From the NCBI RefSeq assembly GCF_009914755.1, contig NC_060934.1: 64,000 nucleotides of DNA, one strand, 5' to 3'. Position 1 is the stretch's first letter; the number at the start of each line of letters is the position of its first letter. This document shows, piece after piece, positions 28,680 through 43,614 of the stretch. Both the position numbers and the translations under genes were made by a program. The notes under the pieces were generated by a model that searched no databases, was not told the origin of the DNA, and saw nothing but the letters and a program-made list of their open reading frames with translations. This stretch comes from the human T2T-CHM13v2.0 reference genome, Homo sapiens.

Positions 28680-29030
28680 TTGTGTATCAGCTCAACACAT
28701 TAGAATTTGATTTCTAAATCACAAGAACATCAGGCTCATGTTCCTAATGGGCAACTCTGCTCCACAGAGTGATTCAGGCACTCAGAATCCTCCCCTAGCA
28801 CCTAGGCATTCTCTGCTGGATTTTCCACATCCAGCTGACAGTCAACAGGAGAAAAACTGAGCAAGGCACACTTGTTTCTTAATTAGTGCTGCCGGGAAGC
28901 GACACACATTGCCACCCACATTCCATGTGGGAACTATCATGGAGCCTCCGACAGATACTTGAGGTGGTGGAAGGGAAGCAGGGCCCTTTGGTGGACAGCT
29001 GGTGGTCTCTGCCATACTCACCTTCTGTCT
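28680..29030 (-). mobile_element. MLT1-family MaLR LTR fragment
   Basis: ctctgctccacagagtgattcagg…gaagcgacacacattgccacccacattccatg resembles MLT1 LTR motifs. Confidence 0.5.
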
Positions 29031-29429
29031 CAGTCTTAGGTCAGGCTTATTTCGGAAGCATTATAGCACTCTGGGTCTCTGAACACAAGAACCCTGGATG
29101 ATCTGACCACTGAATCAAATCAGAAAAGAGAGGCCAACAACTCTAGAAATGCAACTAGTAAATCTTCTGGTAACAAGTGGAATTTCGTTGACCAATTCAA
29201 AAGTCCAGCAACTGCCTTTTTGTTGGAAAATGCCAAACTCTAAAACTTTTGCAAAAACAGGTTCATGTTCTTCAAGTCTAAGACATCATCAAACCTTAGA
29301 CCAGCATCATTTTATAAACCACTAAGGGAGAAAAAAAAAAATGCCGTCAATTAAACTATGGCTTGTGATCAATTTTATGACACAACTTGAGTCCAGAGAT
29401 GTTAAAGTGCTGAAAAACCAATACAGTGT

Positions 29430-29580
29430 CTTCAATGAAGTCTTCCAACAGCCTTGTCAGAAACACAGGAATGGCCATTTCACAGATGAAGGCCTGGGGT
29501 TCCCACAGTTGGGGGACTTGGCAGCAGTCAAACAGCTGGCGAGGGGCGGAGTTGGAGGAGGAGGATTTCCAACCAGCCTC
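29430..29580 (+). mobile_element. MIR fragment
   Basis: ccatttcacagatgaaggcctgggg…gacttggcagcagtcaaacagctgg resembles the MIR core. Confidence 0.6.
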
Positions 29581-32500
29581 TGACTCAGCACCTGGTAGAG
29601 TCCTAATCCCTGCAGCTGTCTCCCAGCACACCCCCAAACTCTCAAAGCCCAAGCCAAGCACCAGTATTCGCACATCCGTACAGACTGCATCAAATGGCAA
29701 ATCAAGCACCTTGGGTATATAATACTTATAAACTTATTTGAATAAAAAAAACTCCACTAAAATATGGGTTTTCATCTGCACAGCACTTTACCAACAAATT
29801 CCACGACATTCAAGTGAGAACAGATGATGTACTGAAATATCAACAACAAGAATCCGATTTGGTAAACAGCAGAGTGCTATTTTCACATCATCCTAATGAA
29901 TTTAGTTTCAATAAACACAAATCAAGCAAACACTCAGAAAATTTTAACAGTATGGCAAAATGACGCTTAGAATGACAGCCCCAGAAGACGAAGTCTTTTT
30001 TGACAAGTGACAGATACCACAAGGAGAGAAGAATCAAAATGGATGACTGGATTTAAAGGGCCTGCCTGTGGCCCACATCCCTGAACTTGGCCCTGCACCT
30101 GCTTGCTAAATCTCCTTGATTGTGGGGGAAGCAGCCAGAAGAAAGCTCTAGATCCCTCAATCCTGCTCAAGCTGCCAGGCACATTCTAAGAGCATGTGTC
30201 TGGTGCATGGAAATCCACATACAGCAGGTCAGTGAGCACCCACAGAAGACCACACAGATTCAAACTCTTGCCCATAGCCTCCATCTCAGTATGACCTTCA
30301 GCATCAAGCACTGATTACTGGTAAGTATGTAGAGATGGGAGAGGACAGGTCAAGGCAGACCCAGCCTCCTCCTCAGACCTGCTCACCTGCCTACCCATCC
30401 CCCAAGATGTGTCTCAATCCCATCGTGCCCTGAAAGTAGAGCCCAGGTTAAAATCTCAGCAAAGAGTTTCACAAAGTAGCAGTGAAGCCAAGCATGCAAC
30501 GATCAGGCCAGAAACTCAAAACCAGGGGATAGGGAAACAGGCTCACGCGCTGGTGGGGTACTCTGCAGCCAGGAGGAGCGCAGGCAGGGCCACCTCTTCG
30601 GAGGGTGTCTGAGCAGTCCTTCAATCTGAATCCTTTGTTTTCTCCATCTGAAAACAGAGGCTTGTTGTTTGGAGGGTGTAATTAGAACGCATTTGAACAC
30701 AACTATAAACTCTAAATCACTTTAAAGAGGCTAGTCTAGTCTTTTGAAATGACTGTTTTTGCCTTGGAAATAATAAGCCACCATGAACAAATTTAATCAA
30801 AGTTGTATTTACAAAGAGTCTCAAAGCCTAAAGCAGAAGTATACCATCTCTCCTCCACACTGTGAGCTCTTTAGGGACAGGGAAGTGCCTCATTCCTATT
30901 CAGCCGACCATGTGGAAAACTACAACTGACTTCTGAATGGCAGGCACTTCCTAACCACGGCTGGAAGACTGGAGCAGCTTCTTTCTGCATGGGTGATAAA
31001 ATGTGTCCAAAAAGAAACGCACATAAAGGCATGTAAAACTTAGCAGGTAGGATATCAGGCAAGAAACAAACTACAGATCAGATTTGAAAAGGACACGATC
31101 AGAAGGAACAAATGGAAACATTCCGAAGTCCTGTCCTGGAGCGCTAGTTACTCGCTGCATGCTGTTCTGAAAATGCAAATATTGAGCAGCCCCAACGACC
31201 AGATTTAACAAGCCCATCACCAACAGCCAACATGACCAACATCAAGTAATTCTGTTATCATTCCCAACTCAGAGGTGGAGAGACTGAGGCTTAGAGTCTC
31301 ATGCCAGAGTCCACGGCAGTAAGAGCAGATTCAAATCTAGGCCAACTCAAGTCCACCCAGCGGAAGCCCCCCCGCCCCGTGCCTTGCTCAGCAGAGACAA
31401 CAGGGCAGGAGGAAGCGGGGAGAAAGGAAGGTCCATGACTCTGTAGGGACCGCCTGGTGGGGAATTCAGGTCCCTCTGCTTCCTGGCCCTCTGCTTCAAC
31501 CAGGGGAGTTCACAGCAAAGTTCTTGTTCTGAACCCCAGGTAGGGACCATAATCCTACCGCTCCCAGCAACTGCTGGTGACTCCTCTGAGCAAAGAGCAC
31601 TCTGCCAGGCAGGACCAATCGAAGCCCACAAAGGCTGGAGAACCAGGCTGGCAGGCCCCTCCTTTTCTGCCCCCGCACCACAGCAGCCCCAGACACGCGG
31701 CGCGGGAGGACGAAGAGAACCTGACCAATGAGGGAGGGTGAAGCGCCCAGCACCCTGGGCCACCTCTGCGGGTCCTTGGGGAAAGGAGCCAACAGTACAG
31801 ATGCGTGTGGCCAGGCCTCCTCCCATCTTCCCCCAGCCTTTCCCTCCCAGCCTGGAGAGGGAGTCAGGCATAGCCCTCCCCACTCCACCTACCCTGCTGC
31901 TTAGCTCCTCCTGCCTCCTGCCCCCTGCCCCCTGCCCCCGCTATACTCAACCCTCAATAATACTAAAACCCACGTTAATACTAGAACCCACGTTCATCCC
32001 AACAGCCAACCCCCGGGGACCTTAGCCGACGTTCACAACCTCAAACCTTCCCGTCATAGGCAGCGGCAAGGCTACATTGTGCATGGATGCCTTGGTGCGC
32101 CCCCACTCGCTGCGCTGGGCTAGAGGGGAGCCCCTTCTTGATCCAGGTATCACTGTTAGGTTTACTTCCTCCTGCACCCCGGGAGGAAACCAAGTCCCCA
32201 GTCTCTCCCTGACTCTGCCTTCTACAAAAGCCCAACCACCAGGAAGGAAGCCAATGCCCAGGAATGCCTCCAGGTGTCCTTTGTTCCCTGCAGCACCCGC
32301 TCCACCACCCTCTCTCCCTACTGTCCACAAGACAGCCTCCCACCTTTGTAGGCCAAGGATTCCCATCTGAGGGCTCTGAAAAAAATGTAAGGTCCCGGAA
32401 TCCCTTGAGACACTGGAAAGCCAGATTCTTTCTCTATAGAAATGCATATATGACCGTCCCCATCCCATCCCCCATCGCCTCGTGGGGTTCCTGGGCTGAT

Positions 32501-33043
32501 CCCCCACCCAGGCAGGAAGCCTCAAGAGGTCCACAGTCTGAGTCAAGCCCTCCAGCTTTGTCTCCTAGGCAACGGCTGCTTTCTCCTTCCAGCTACACAT
32601 GGACCAAGGCAGGAAGATCCCAGCCTCCCTTCATTTCTGGCATCCCAGCAGCTAGCCCTCCTCTCCATCCCCACGCACACAGGCACCTCACCCTATGGAG
32701 CTCATTCCACTGCATTCTTTTGAGGAAGTGAAACAGCCCTGAAAGATGACCCTCACCTGCCGATGGGAAGCCAGGCCACACTGGGCTCACCACTCGGGAC
32801 ACTTCTCGGTGTGTGGCCCTGGGTGCCCCTGTGCTGCTCTCCTGCCTGGCCCCACAGCAGGAGCGTACCTGTCAGTCAGGTGTGCATTTAAGAAGTCGGC
32901 CTCCCAGGGCAGCCTTCTGCCCTCTGACCCTGCTCCCAGTCTGTGGGGCAGCGAAGTTAGGACTTACCTGATTCTCCAGCCCATCCCTTCCGGCCCACGA
33001 GCAGAACAGGACAAGTGGCCTCAGCTGAGGAGTGCTGGCTGGG

Positions 33044-33208
33044 CAGTGGTTCCCTACCTGGTTGTTCATTAGAGTCACCTGGGAACTTTTTATTACCAAG
33101 GCAGATGCCACTGTGGACCACACACTCAGAACCTGGGGGTAGGATTAAGCTGGGATCTTTTTTCAAAGCTCTCCAGGTGATTCTCAGATCCAGATAAGGA
33201 TGAGAACG
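33044..33208. mobile_element. MER5-family (hAT-Charlie) MITE
   Basis: cagtggttccc…cattagagtcacctggg…aaagctctccaggtgattctc…gatgagaac matches MER5B architecture. Confidence 0.7.
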
Positions 33209-36124
33209 AAGGGGCTGGAGGGACCCAGGCAGGGGGCGGCCTCCTAGGGGAGGGTGAGCTGGGAGGGAGGCCCAGGCTGGCCCCTCACCCTCACAGCTCA
33301 CAGCCTACCTCCTGTGAAAGGCCAGCCCTGACCTCAGGGTGCATGGGTGGGGCTCCCCAGGCCCCAGACACATCCCCCTGTCTGGCTCACCCAGCTTGAT
33401 CGCCTGCCCAGTGTTCTCTGGTTGGGTGGTCAGCTCCTTGCAGGCAGGAGCAGGTCAGGCTTGTTCAGGCCACCACTCCAGAAAAGCATCGGCCACACTG
33501 TTCCCCCACCCTAACCCCTGGTGCCCAGCTCATTAGCCTTGAGTTGAAGAAAGGCCCTCCTCTTTTGTGTGCCTATAGGAGTGGGACAAGGTACTGTGGA
33601 GGATGTGGGAAAGAAAGAAAATGAACCCCATGGAGCCCATTCTTGCAGGAATTATGCCCTCAGCACCTTCCAAGCCTCCCTACTTAGGCCTCTTTTGCTC
33701 CTAAAACAAACCCTTGCAGAGAATGTGACTCACTCTATCTTCAACATGCACCTACTACACAGCAGGGGCCAACGAACTTGAAGTCATCAGTTGACAGTTA
33801 CAAGACACCGTCCAAACGCTGCCTATTAGTCCCCCCAAAACAGCTTCACTAGCACAGGGACATCTAGGGGCAGAGACGTAAAACATTCTCCCAAAATGGT
33901 AACAGGATGTTTCCCTGATGGCGTTGCCCAGGGCCTTGAAAGAGCCGGGAGCGATTTCAAATGGGCTCCGGGCTCGTGTCAGGAGCAGGAGCTGCCTTTG
34001 GTGGGACACAGGTCACCAAACCTGACCCACCCAAATCTTCAGCACTGACATCACCGCCGAAAACGAGAGGTTTGTTTACGACAAGGTCTCATATTCCTGC
34101 TTGTTCTTTACCTAAAAATCTAAATTTCCCATGTGGGTCCTTACACATCTGTATCAACAAAATCACAATTCGCCAAGATACTGAAAGCACCAACAATTTC
34201 TGAGTTTAAGGAGAAGAGACAAAGAAATCAAGACAACAGGAAGAAGGATGCAGGAAGATGTCACCAGTTTGCTAGGACGTGGGCCTCAGGAGTCAAGAGT
34301 CCCTTCTGGGGGCAGCGGCTGTGGCCAAACCCAGAGCAGAGTCTCGGGAACCCCTCAGCCTTATTTCCCAAGGGGCCTGGGAGTCCCTGGTGACTCTGGT
34401 GGGCTGGTCCTGAATATCCCAGCTCCTCTGTCCTCACCATCTTGTCAACCCCACCAAGGCTGCAACCAGTTCCCTCCAAGGATGGTGACCTGCACATACA
34501 ACATCAAGGCACCGACTTTATCTTTTAAATGCACAATGTGCTGGAGCCAAAAACAAAACAAAAAGCCTCTCCAAGATGCTTTCCTGAAACACACTAGGCT
34601 GAAAAAATGGAGCCCCATTTCCTCTTATTTTTAATTTTACATTGGCTGTGTTTATAATAAAATAGAATAACTTATTTATTTGCTTACCTTACTTGGAAAG
34701 ACAATAAATTGGAAAGGCTTCATAAATCTCACAGGGAATTCCTTTCAACAAGGACTGTCAGCAAAAATCCGTAAATAACCTTCTGCCAGCCTCTAGCAAT
34801 CACCTCCACCACGTTCTTTTTCCTTCCTGCTTTTGTACTAATCTTCTAGCAAACAAATCAAATCACACACCAAAACGTTTTTATTCTTATCGAGGTAAGG
34901 CTCACAAAACATCCGGAGTCCACTGGGGCTACTCACTCACGTGGCCTCTGAGAAGACTCAGATGCAGAGAAGACCCCAGGGGACCGCGGGAGGGGCACCT
35001 CTGCACCCTCATAGCCAGCCACGCTCCTCTCACTAACTTACAAAAACAGAGGTGGTGATTAGCTTCAGAAGCGGAGCCAGAGATGCTCTTCTAACAACTG
35101 CAGCATTAATTCCATCTGGAGCAAATCATCCGCAAAGCCCTAGACACACACATGAGGAAACAAAGTCCAGGGCAGGTTGCTGATAGGTCCCGGTGCCTCC
35201 TCCCACCCAGACTTGGCTGGTGTCCACAACGCAGCCTCCGCTCACCTGGCTCCCTTATAATCTCAGTGTCGCCGGAGCTTCTGGTCAAGTGCACTCATCC
35301 TGGAGCCGACTGAACCAAGGGAGCCAACGGAGTCACGCTGGGTGATTCGAGACTATCCCAAGCAACACGGACCTCATGCGGCAGGTCCTGTCCCCACCAC
35401 GCTGACACTTGAAAGGCAACTGTTTGAAACTGGTTCAAATGGCTGTGTTTGACTTGAAACACATCCGCGTTTGGTGGGGCTGGTGAAAATGACCTTCGGC
35501 AGTTCAGAAACAGCGGAAGATGGACAGTCTCACGCTGAGGTTTCAAGGACTGTGCTAAAAATAAGATTAACTAAGAGGCAGAGAAGGAGGCTCGTGGATA
35601 ATCAAATGTGTAAGATTGGAAAGAGCCGCTGTAATCAATTTACATATCAGGAAAGGGTAATTACCATAACCAAAGGGAAAATTTCTCCAAGCCAAATGGT
35701 TAAAAAAAAAAAAAAAAACAGACCAGCAAACCACTACCCGAATAAATGTAAAACAAAAATGTATGTTTCCAGCCAGGATGTCAAATGCCTTTCAGGCTCC
35801 AGAACTACAGAGTTTCACCCTGCGACCTTGATTCTTGGGTGCAAGATGACGAACTTAAGAACTCCAAACATACCTGTGCCCGTCCGTCTCTTCACTCGGC
35901 TAACTGTGCAAAGGAACCGGCTTCTGATGAGTCCCACTGTGGTTTCCATACAGCAGCTGCCAAAGAGCTGTGTGTTCCTGGGAAAGTCACTGAGCTTCTC
36001 TGAGTCTACTTTGTCTCTAGCCTGTGAGTGGTGCATTAGCCATTACTATTATGCATCTACCAAATACATCTCCATCTTCCCTGCTTGGCACATTCCTGGC
36101 ACTCAACAGACAGTAGATACTATT

Positions 36125-36428
36125 AGCCAGGCGAGGTGGCTCACGCCTGTAATCCCAGCACTTTGGGAAGCTGAGGTGGGGAGATTACTTGAGGCCAGGA
36201 GTTCGAGAGCAGCCTGGCCAACATGGTGAAGCCCTGTCTCTACTAAAATACAAAATTTAGCCGGGTGTGGTGGCGCACACCCGTAATCCCAGCTACATGG
36301 GAGGTTGAGGCATGAATTGCTTCAAACCAGGAGGCAGAGGTTCCAGTGAGCCGAGATTGCACCACTGTACAATCACTGTACAGCCTGGGTGACAGAGCTA
36401 GACTGTCTCAAAAAAAAAAAAAAAAAAA
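36125..36428 (+). mobile_element. Alu (AluS-type)
   Basis: Alu dimer with poly-A; degenerate TSD agacagtagatactatta / agatggtagctactatta. Confidence 0.95.
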
Positions 36429-37572
36429 GATGGTAGCTACTATTATAATTATTCCACCAAATTAATGTATTTCTAATATTCTTGAATGAGGGCAGAGGAT
36501 TTTCTTAAGTGGTCCCCTTTCAAAGTGATTTAATACTGCACACCCCTAAAAGACTGTCTGCCTTGTTTTTTTCTCGACTGTTCATTAGCCCCTGTTTTTT
36601 GGACTCTGGGAGCTTCCAGTCTAGGCCAGCTGGGCCTGGGCATGTAATAGCAAAAGCTACTCACCTGAGCAAGCACCGCTGGAGGGGCTCTCAACTCACT
36701 TCCCTCCAAGTCAGCTGGAATTTTTGGATCCACCCAAGGGAAGCAACTTCCCCACCCAAAGTGTGGAGATAGATGTGGAGCCCCAGAAGGGTTCTGGGAA
36801 AGCATCCTGTATCCAGGACACCATGAGGCCTTGTGGCTGCCTAGAACTGCGACCCTACTGTGCTCACAGCTGCACATCACAGAGCACAGGTGGCTGGTGA
36901 CCTGTGAAAAGGTCCCCAGATCACCTTTCCAGACAGTAAAGAACTTTGCTCTCACCATCCGAAAGCAGACCGGTGGCCACACACATTCGCAACTTCCACT
37001 CAGCGTCTAGCACACCCCTTCCCCAACCCTTGCTGAACTGTCCCTGAACCCTTAATAAAGACACGATGGGGTGTCCACCCACCTTTCAGCTACTAACCCC
37101 ATGTACCCAAGTGTCCTCACACTACACTGGGAAGCCCCGCTGAAATCTGCTAAGCTATGTATGTCTTTGGAGGGTATGTTTCCATCACACTCGCTGCATG
37201 GCAGTTTGTTCACAGACGACCACCCAGAAGAAGCCAAGAATGCTTAGACATTAATTTCAGGCCAGGAATCAAGGTCACATTTAGTCTGAGCTCAAAGGCA
37301 TCAAAGGGTTTTCTCATACTGCAAATGCACGCATACAAGATGCACCGAGATCACGGGAATGCCAGTCAGGGCTGGCCAATCACGATGACTGCCGCTTAAA
37401 CCTGCCCTCAGCCTGACTGATGTGATGAGGGAAGGGGACAAAGAATGAGCTCCGAAAGGACATTTCGGGCAACGACCAGAAAATTAGCAAATGCAGTGAT
37501 CCCCACTTAACAATTTTATAAATTCCAAGACTCATTTCAAGTTTCTCCCAACTGAAAGAAAATAATATCAAG

Positions 37573-37870
<298 letters not shown>

Positions 37871-37889
37871 ATATTAAAAACCATGACGT

Positions 37890-38205
37890 GGCTGGGCATG
37901 GTGGCTCACACCTGCATACCCAGCACTTTGGGAGGCCGAGACAGGCAGATCACTTGAGGTCAGGAGTTTGAGACCAGCCTGGCCAACATGGTGAAACCCC
38001 ATCTCTACTAAAAATACAAAAATTAGCCAGGCCTGACAGACTGGCTGTAATCCCGGCTACTCGGGAGGCTGAGACAGGAGAATCGCTTGAACCTGGGAGG
38101 CAGAGGAGAGGCTGCAGTGAGCTGAGATCACACCACTGCACTCCAGCCTGGGTAACAGAGTGAGACTCTGTCAAAAAAAAAAAAAGAATAAATAAAAATA
38201 AAAAC
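37890..38205 (+). mobile_element. Alu (AluS-type), TSD aaaaaccatga
   Basis: Alu dimer with A-rich tail; aaaaaccatga on both sides. Confidence 0.93.
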
Positions 38206-38638
38206 AAAAACCATGAGGCAATGAGTCAGTTGCAGCTTATATCCCAGAGTGCAATAGGGACTTCCTGCCAAGCATCTCCTCTGCTGGGCACCTGGGCACA
38301 AGTCTCCAGCGCCTTCTCATTACCTCCTCCTGTGAGAGGAACTAGTGACTAGCGTCCTATTTGACGCATAAGGAGCTGGCAGGGTTGAAAGTGGAGCCCA
38401 GGACTGCAAGCATGGCCATCTACCCTCGGGGCCGGCACCAGCCTCGGGGCAGCTGACCTTCCCCACCTCAGAAGCTCTCATTCCTCTGGGCTTTCCACAA
38501 ACCACCCTTCTTGACCACAAAAAGGTGGCCATCCTGACTGGTCTCTACCTTCAGGAAAACAAATGGGGACCTGAGGGCGCTCAACCACCCCAGACCACCC
38601 AGAAGTCACAGGAGCACGGAACAGGAAGCAGGGAGACA

Positions 38639-38888
38639 GCACACAGTAAGCACATGGCAAGCACACAGTAAACACACGGCAAGTACATGGCAAATACACA
38701 GCAGGTACACAGCGAGCACACAGTAAGCACACGGTAAACACTCAGCAAGTACATGGCAAATGCACAGCAGGTACACAGCGAGCACACAGTAAGCACATGG
38801 CAAGCACACAGTAAATACACAGCAAGCACACAGCAAGTACACAGTGAGCACGCGGCAAACACACGACATGCACACGGTTAGCACACTG
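38639..38888. repeat. Minisatellite, 11-bp unit (GCACACAGYAA-like), 22 full copies plus a partial
   Basis: Units gcacacagtaa / gcacatggcaa / gtacacagcga etc. are in exact 11-bp register. Confidence 0.95.
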
Positions 38889-39479
38889 CCCGGCTCCCTC
38901 CAAAGCCACTTCCCCCACAGAGAAAGGAGAAAGCGGCCCTGGCCTGGCAGTCACTCACAGTCCCTCTGGACCTGGAGCCAGCGGCTATGGCGGACGAAGA
39001 GGCACCTGTTCCCAGGCACTTTCCAAGAGGGGCTGGTGGGACACAGTGTGGAGAGGCAGCTGTTGTGAGTGTCCCTGGGGAGCCCAGGGAGCATGGCCTT
39101 AGATGCACCAGGGCCTGCAGGTGTGGCCCAGAACTGCCCACTCTTGGGTTTGCAGGGGACGGGGGCGGTTTGCCTACTTTGCGGAGGAGGTGGTTATCTG
39201 CTGGTTTCAGACACGACTCAAGACTGCAGTGACTGGCTTTTGGTCCGACCTGTCCAGACGAGCCAAGCTCCTGGAGTCTCAGGCATCCCTAGGATGGCAC
39301 TGGGGAGAGGAGGGGTGTCATCCAAGCCAAGTCCATCTGCTGTGACCAGAGCACCCCTGGGGCTCATGCATAATCCTTGGATATTACAAATGTCCTGGAA
39401 ATTACTGGCCTCTCACACCAGCATCTACCAAACTCCTCGCACTTCCTAGGCTGGCCCTTCTACTATCAAAAAGGAGTGA

Positions 39480-39680
39480 TTTCCTTAGTGGTGGCTGGAG
39501 GCTGGGAGTCAGGGCGGGGAGGCAGGAACTCCATAGGAGCACAGAGAACTTTCCTCGGTGATGGGATGGTTCCGCAACCACCCGGTGGCGACGCCTAGAT
39601 CGTCAAGACTTGCAGAACTGCATGCTAAAGGGTGTTTTACTGTATATAAGTTATTTCTACATAGGATTTTGAAAACTTGA
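39480..39680 (+). mobile_element. Ancient L1 3' end fragment
   Basis: agaactttcctcggtgatgggatggttc…ttttactgtatataagttatttctacat resembles L1ME 3' termini. Confidence 0.55.
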
Positions 39681-40237
39681 TCCTTCTCAAAAAGCAAATG
39701 ATAAAATTAAATGACTTGCTTTATGCAGTGAACTGTGAAATCCTCTGCGGCCCCCAAGAGCTTTGCAACTGAGGGGTGGCTGAGCCAGCACACACCCCAC
39801 CAGGCTTCCTTGAAATCAGCAACACCCAGAAGACACCAGGAGGAAGGATTCTGTGAAGCACATGCTCGCAGAGGCTGCCTGAGATGCAGCTCCGCTTCAG
39901 ATGGTTTACTCAGGGAAAATCATTTCGTTACCTCCCGTGGTTTAGTGGCCAGGACATGGGAGCTGAAAGGACACGCGAGCTTGAAAGGCTCCTACCTTGG
40001 GTTCCCTCTCCCACATTTACCCTCAGCACACCCCCTTCAGCCTAACTCCAAACCTAATGTGGCCACCTCTGCCCACCCCAGCTCGCGGAAATCCACCACT
40101 GTTTTGCTGAACTCCAGATAAACCCTCCTTGCTCTTCTTCCCTGTAGCCCGGCAGCCCCCCCACGACATCCCGCACACAGTAGGGGTGCACCTTCATTCC
40201 ACAGGCAATGTTCAGAAGAAGCAAATTCGCCTCAGCC

Positions 40238-40524
<287 letters not shown>

Positions 40525-42951
40525 TCACCTCAATGGCACTGCATTATCACACCATGTAACATGTTGAAACCCTATGTCTAAAATATTGTATACCTATTTT
40601 TATTTGATTTACTAAATTCTAAAGCTTTTCTAAATCTCTAAAAGGTAGTTTCCCCAGTAATGCATAACTGCTTAATCGGGAAGTGTACAAAACATAATTA
40701 CACTGCCTAAAACTACAATATTGCTTATGGGAATATCTCCGTTCATGCATTCCACTTTATTTTGTATTTAATCTCTATTAAGATGTCTATGTGAAAACAG
40801 ATAGGTATTCTTCATAAACACCATAAATCATAAAGTCATTTCTTTGCTAACTCAAGTCCAAAAGCGGCCCCAAAAGAAACTGCCAGGGCCCCAAAGACTA
40901 TCACTTTCCATATTCAAGCAGACAAGCTCCTTGCACAGAGGCCTCAGTGCAGAGCCCCAAAACACCTAGCCCTGGGCCAATTAGTCAGGTCATAATTTCT
41001 CTCACCATAAATGGCTCTGCATGCAACTCAAAAAGCACCCAGACGCTCCCCAGAAAGCAGTCACTCAAACCAAGAAGAGCAATTCCTTTCTGCTCAAGAC
41101 CCCAGTTACAAACCTCATATCAAGGGGCAAACAGAGTCCCTTAAATCCTTCTTCATCTAAGGACACCCGTGGATGCTCTTTCAAGTTCACCTTTCAACCC
41201 GGGGGACTCCCACCAAAGGCTCCAGACTCTTGAAACTGGATTCTCCTGCTTCCCTTCTGGCCTTCGAATTTGCACCCACCCGCTCATCCCTAGAATGGGG
41301 TCATGTGAATACACAACCATTCTCTGGACGGCCTGGTATTGGTGGAGGAGAACCAGTTCGGATCTCGCTCGATCATTAATTAACTGTGAGCCCAGCCTAT
41401 GCGGCTTGCCAATTCCTCAAGTGGGAAATAATCGCACTGCCTCACAACAGGGTTGTTACTAAAAATAAAATAAGCCAATGTATAACAAAGTACTTCTGCA
41501 AACAGAAACAAGCTAGGTTACCAGCCTCGCTGAAGCCTACTAATTAATAAATTCCCCGATCAAGATAAAAAGGATTTGCCACAAAACGAGTTCACTCTCA
41601 GTTCTAAAACAGCAGGTATCACTCCCAAATCCGCTTGCATCATGATGAAACAGGCTAGAGGCACAAGTGAGGGCCTCGGGGGCGCTCCTGAAGGTTAAGC
41701 ATATTTGCCTGCAGTGGGAAGTAAATGCACCTTTTGCTGATCCATGTTCTTGCTCACACGGGCCAATGTTAAAAACATCGACTCTGTGGCATCCATCTTT
41801 GACTTGTGTACATAGATAGTAATAGTGTGCTTCACTGAGCAGTTCAGATTTTACTAAAATATAATCTGCAAAACCAATTTCTTTTCTAGCAGGTATGCTC
41901 TGACACTGCCCAGCCTCATCTCAATACACACTGCTGCCCGGTCAAGAGTGAAATGTCAAGTGCATCTGAATACGGAACTAGCTCCAATTTTATCAGACAC
42001 CCAGGAAATTTCCTCTGCCTTCCTAGAAATGCCTGGTAATGTTGGAGGGTGGAGAATCCCTCTTCAAAGAATGAGGATGAGTACAGCAGAAATCCATATT
42101 CCAAGTTTCAAATAATTTAGTGGGTTATTTGAGTTATATAAAATCTTCTTTCAACCATTTTTCATGCCAAATGTTCAATAACTAGACTCGAGTGTGTGGG
42201 TGTGTGTTGGGGGAGTGGTTTGTTTTTGAAGAAAGCCAGTCTGTGTGCTGCTGTTGGCAGTTTCGGGCTGGCTGCATCAGGCACCCCCTGGAGGAGGTGG
42301 CTAAAAATACAGATGTTAGGGCTTCTCCATCGGGACGAAGGGTGGGGCCCTCAGGAGACTCCTGGCCAGGGGTGCCTTGGGGACGCCCCTGCTCCAGAAG
42401 CCAACCTTTTGAGCACCCCCAACCCCAGGTACCAGGGCCTCTCTGGGGACTGACTGAGTCACTCGTGAAAACCACCAAGCCCACCCAAGCTTCGTAGTAT
42501 TAAAGGTATCTGCTGTCCCTTGGGGCAGGGTAGGGCAGGGCACGGCAGGGGGCCAGAGAAGGTTGCTAGCACTTATCTGCTCCCTCCTGATAAAACAGGG
42601 CACAAACAGCCACTCCCTGCTAGGAAGAAGAAGGCACAGTTGACGGGAGGATTTGTCTTTCTCAATGACATTCACGCCACCATAACTACTGGGATTGCCA
42701 TGAATCCTACTACTATCACCACCACCACCACCAGCACCACCGTCCCTAATAATAATAATGGTAACAAACAGCTAGCGTGGGAGCACTTCCCACATCTTAT
42801 TCATTGTGCACACTCTCCAGGATTTGCAATTGAAGAATATGACATTCTGGCCCCAGACCCCTGGTCCCTGGCCAGCTGAGATGCCCTTGCATTCCAGCAT
42901 GGGTGGTTTCCCAAGGGCATTTTCAAGGACCATTTTGCTTTTCCAAGTGAG

Positions 42952-43614
<663 letters not shown>

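Noticed and set aside
35471-36229. 252-aa + strand ORF
   Set aside because: Runs through a poly-A tract, MIR-like and Alu sequence, is antisense to CTBP2 and has no domain.
38639-38888. CRISPR-like array
   Set aside because: Contiguous tandem units with no unique spacers, in primate DNA.
38478-38954. Cys-rich ORFs resembling metallothionein or keratin-associated proteins
   Set aside because: They are translations of the 11-bp minisatellite in all three minus-strand frames.
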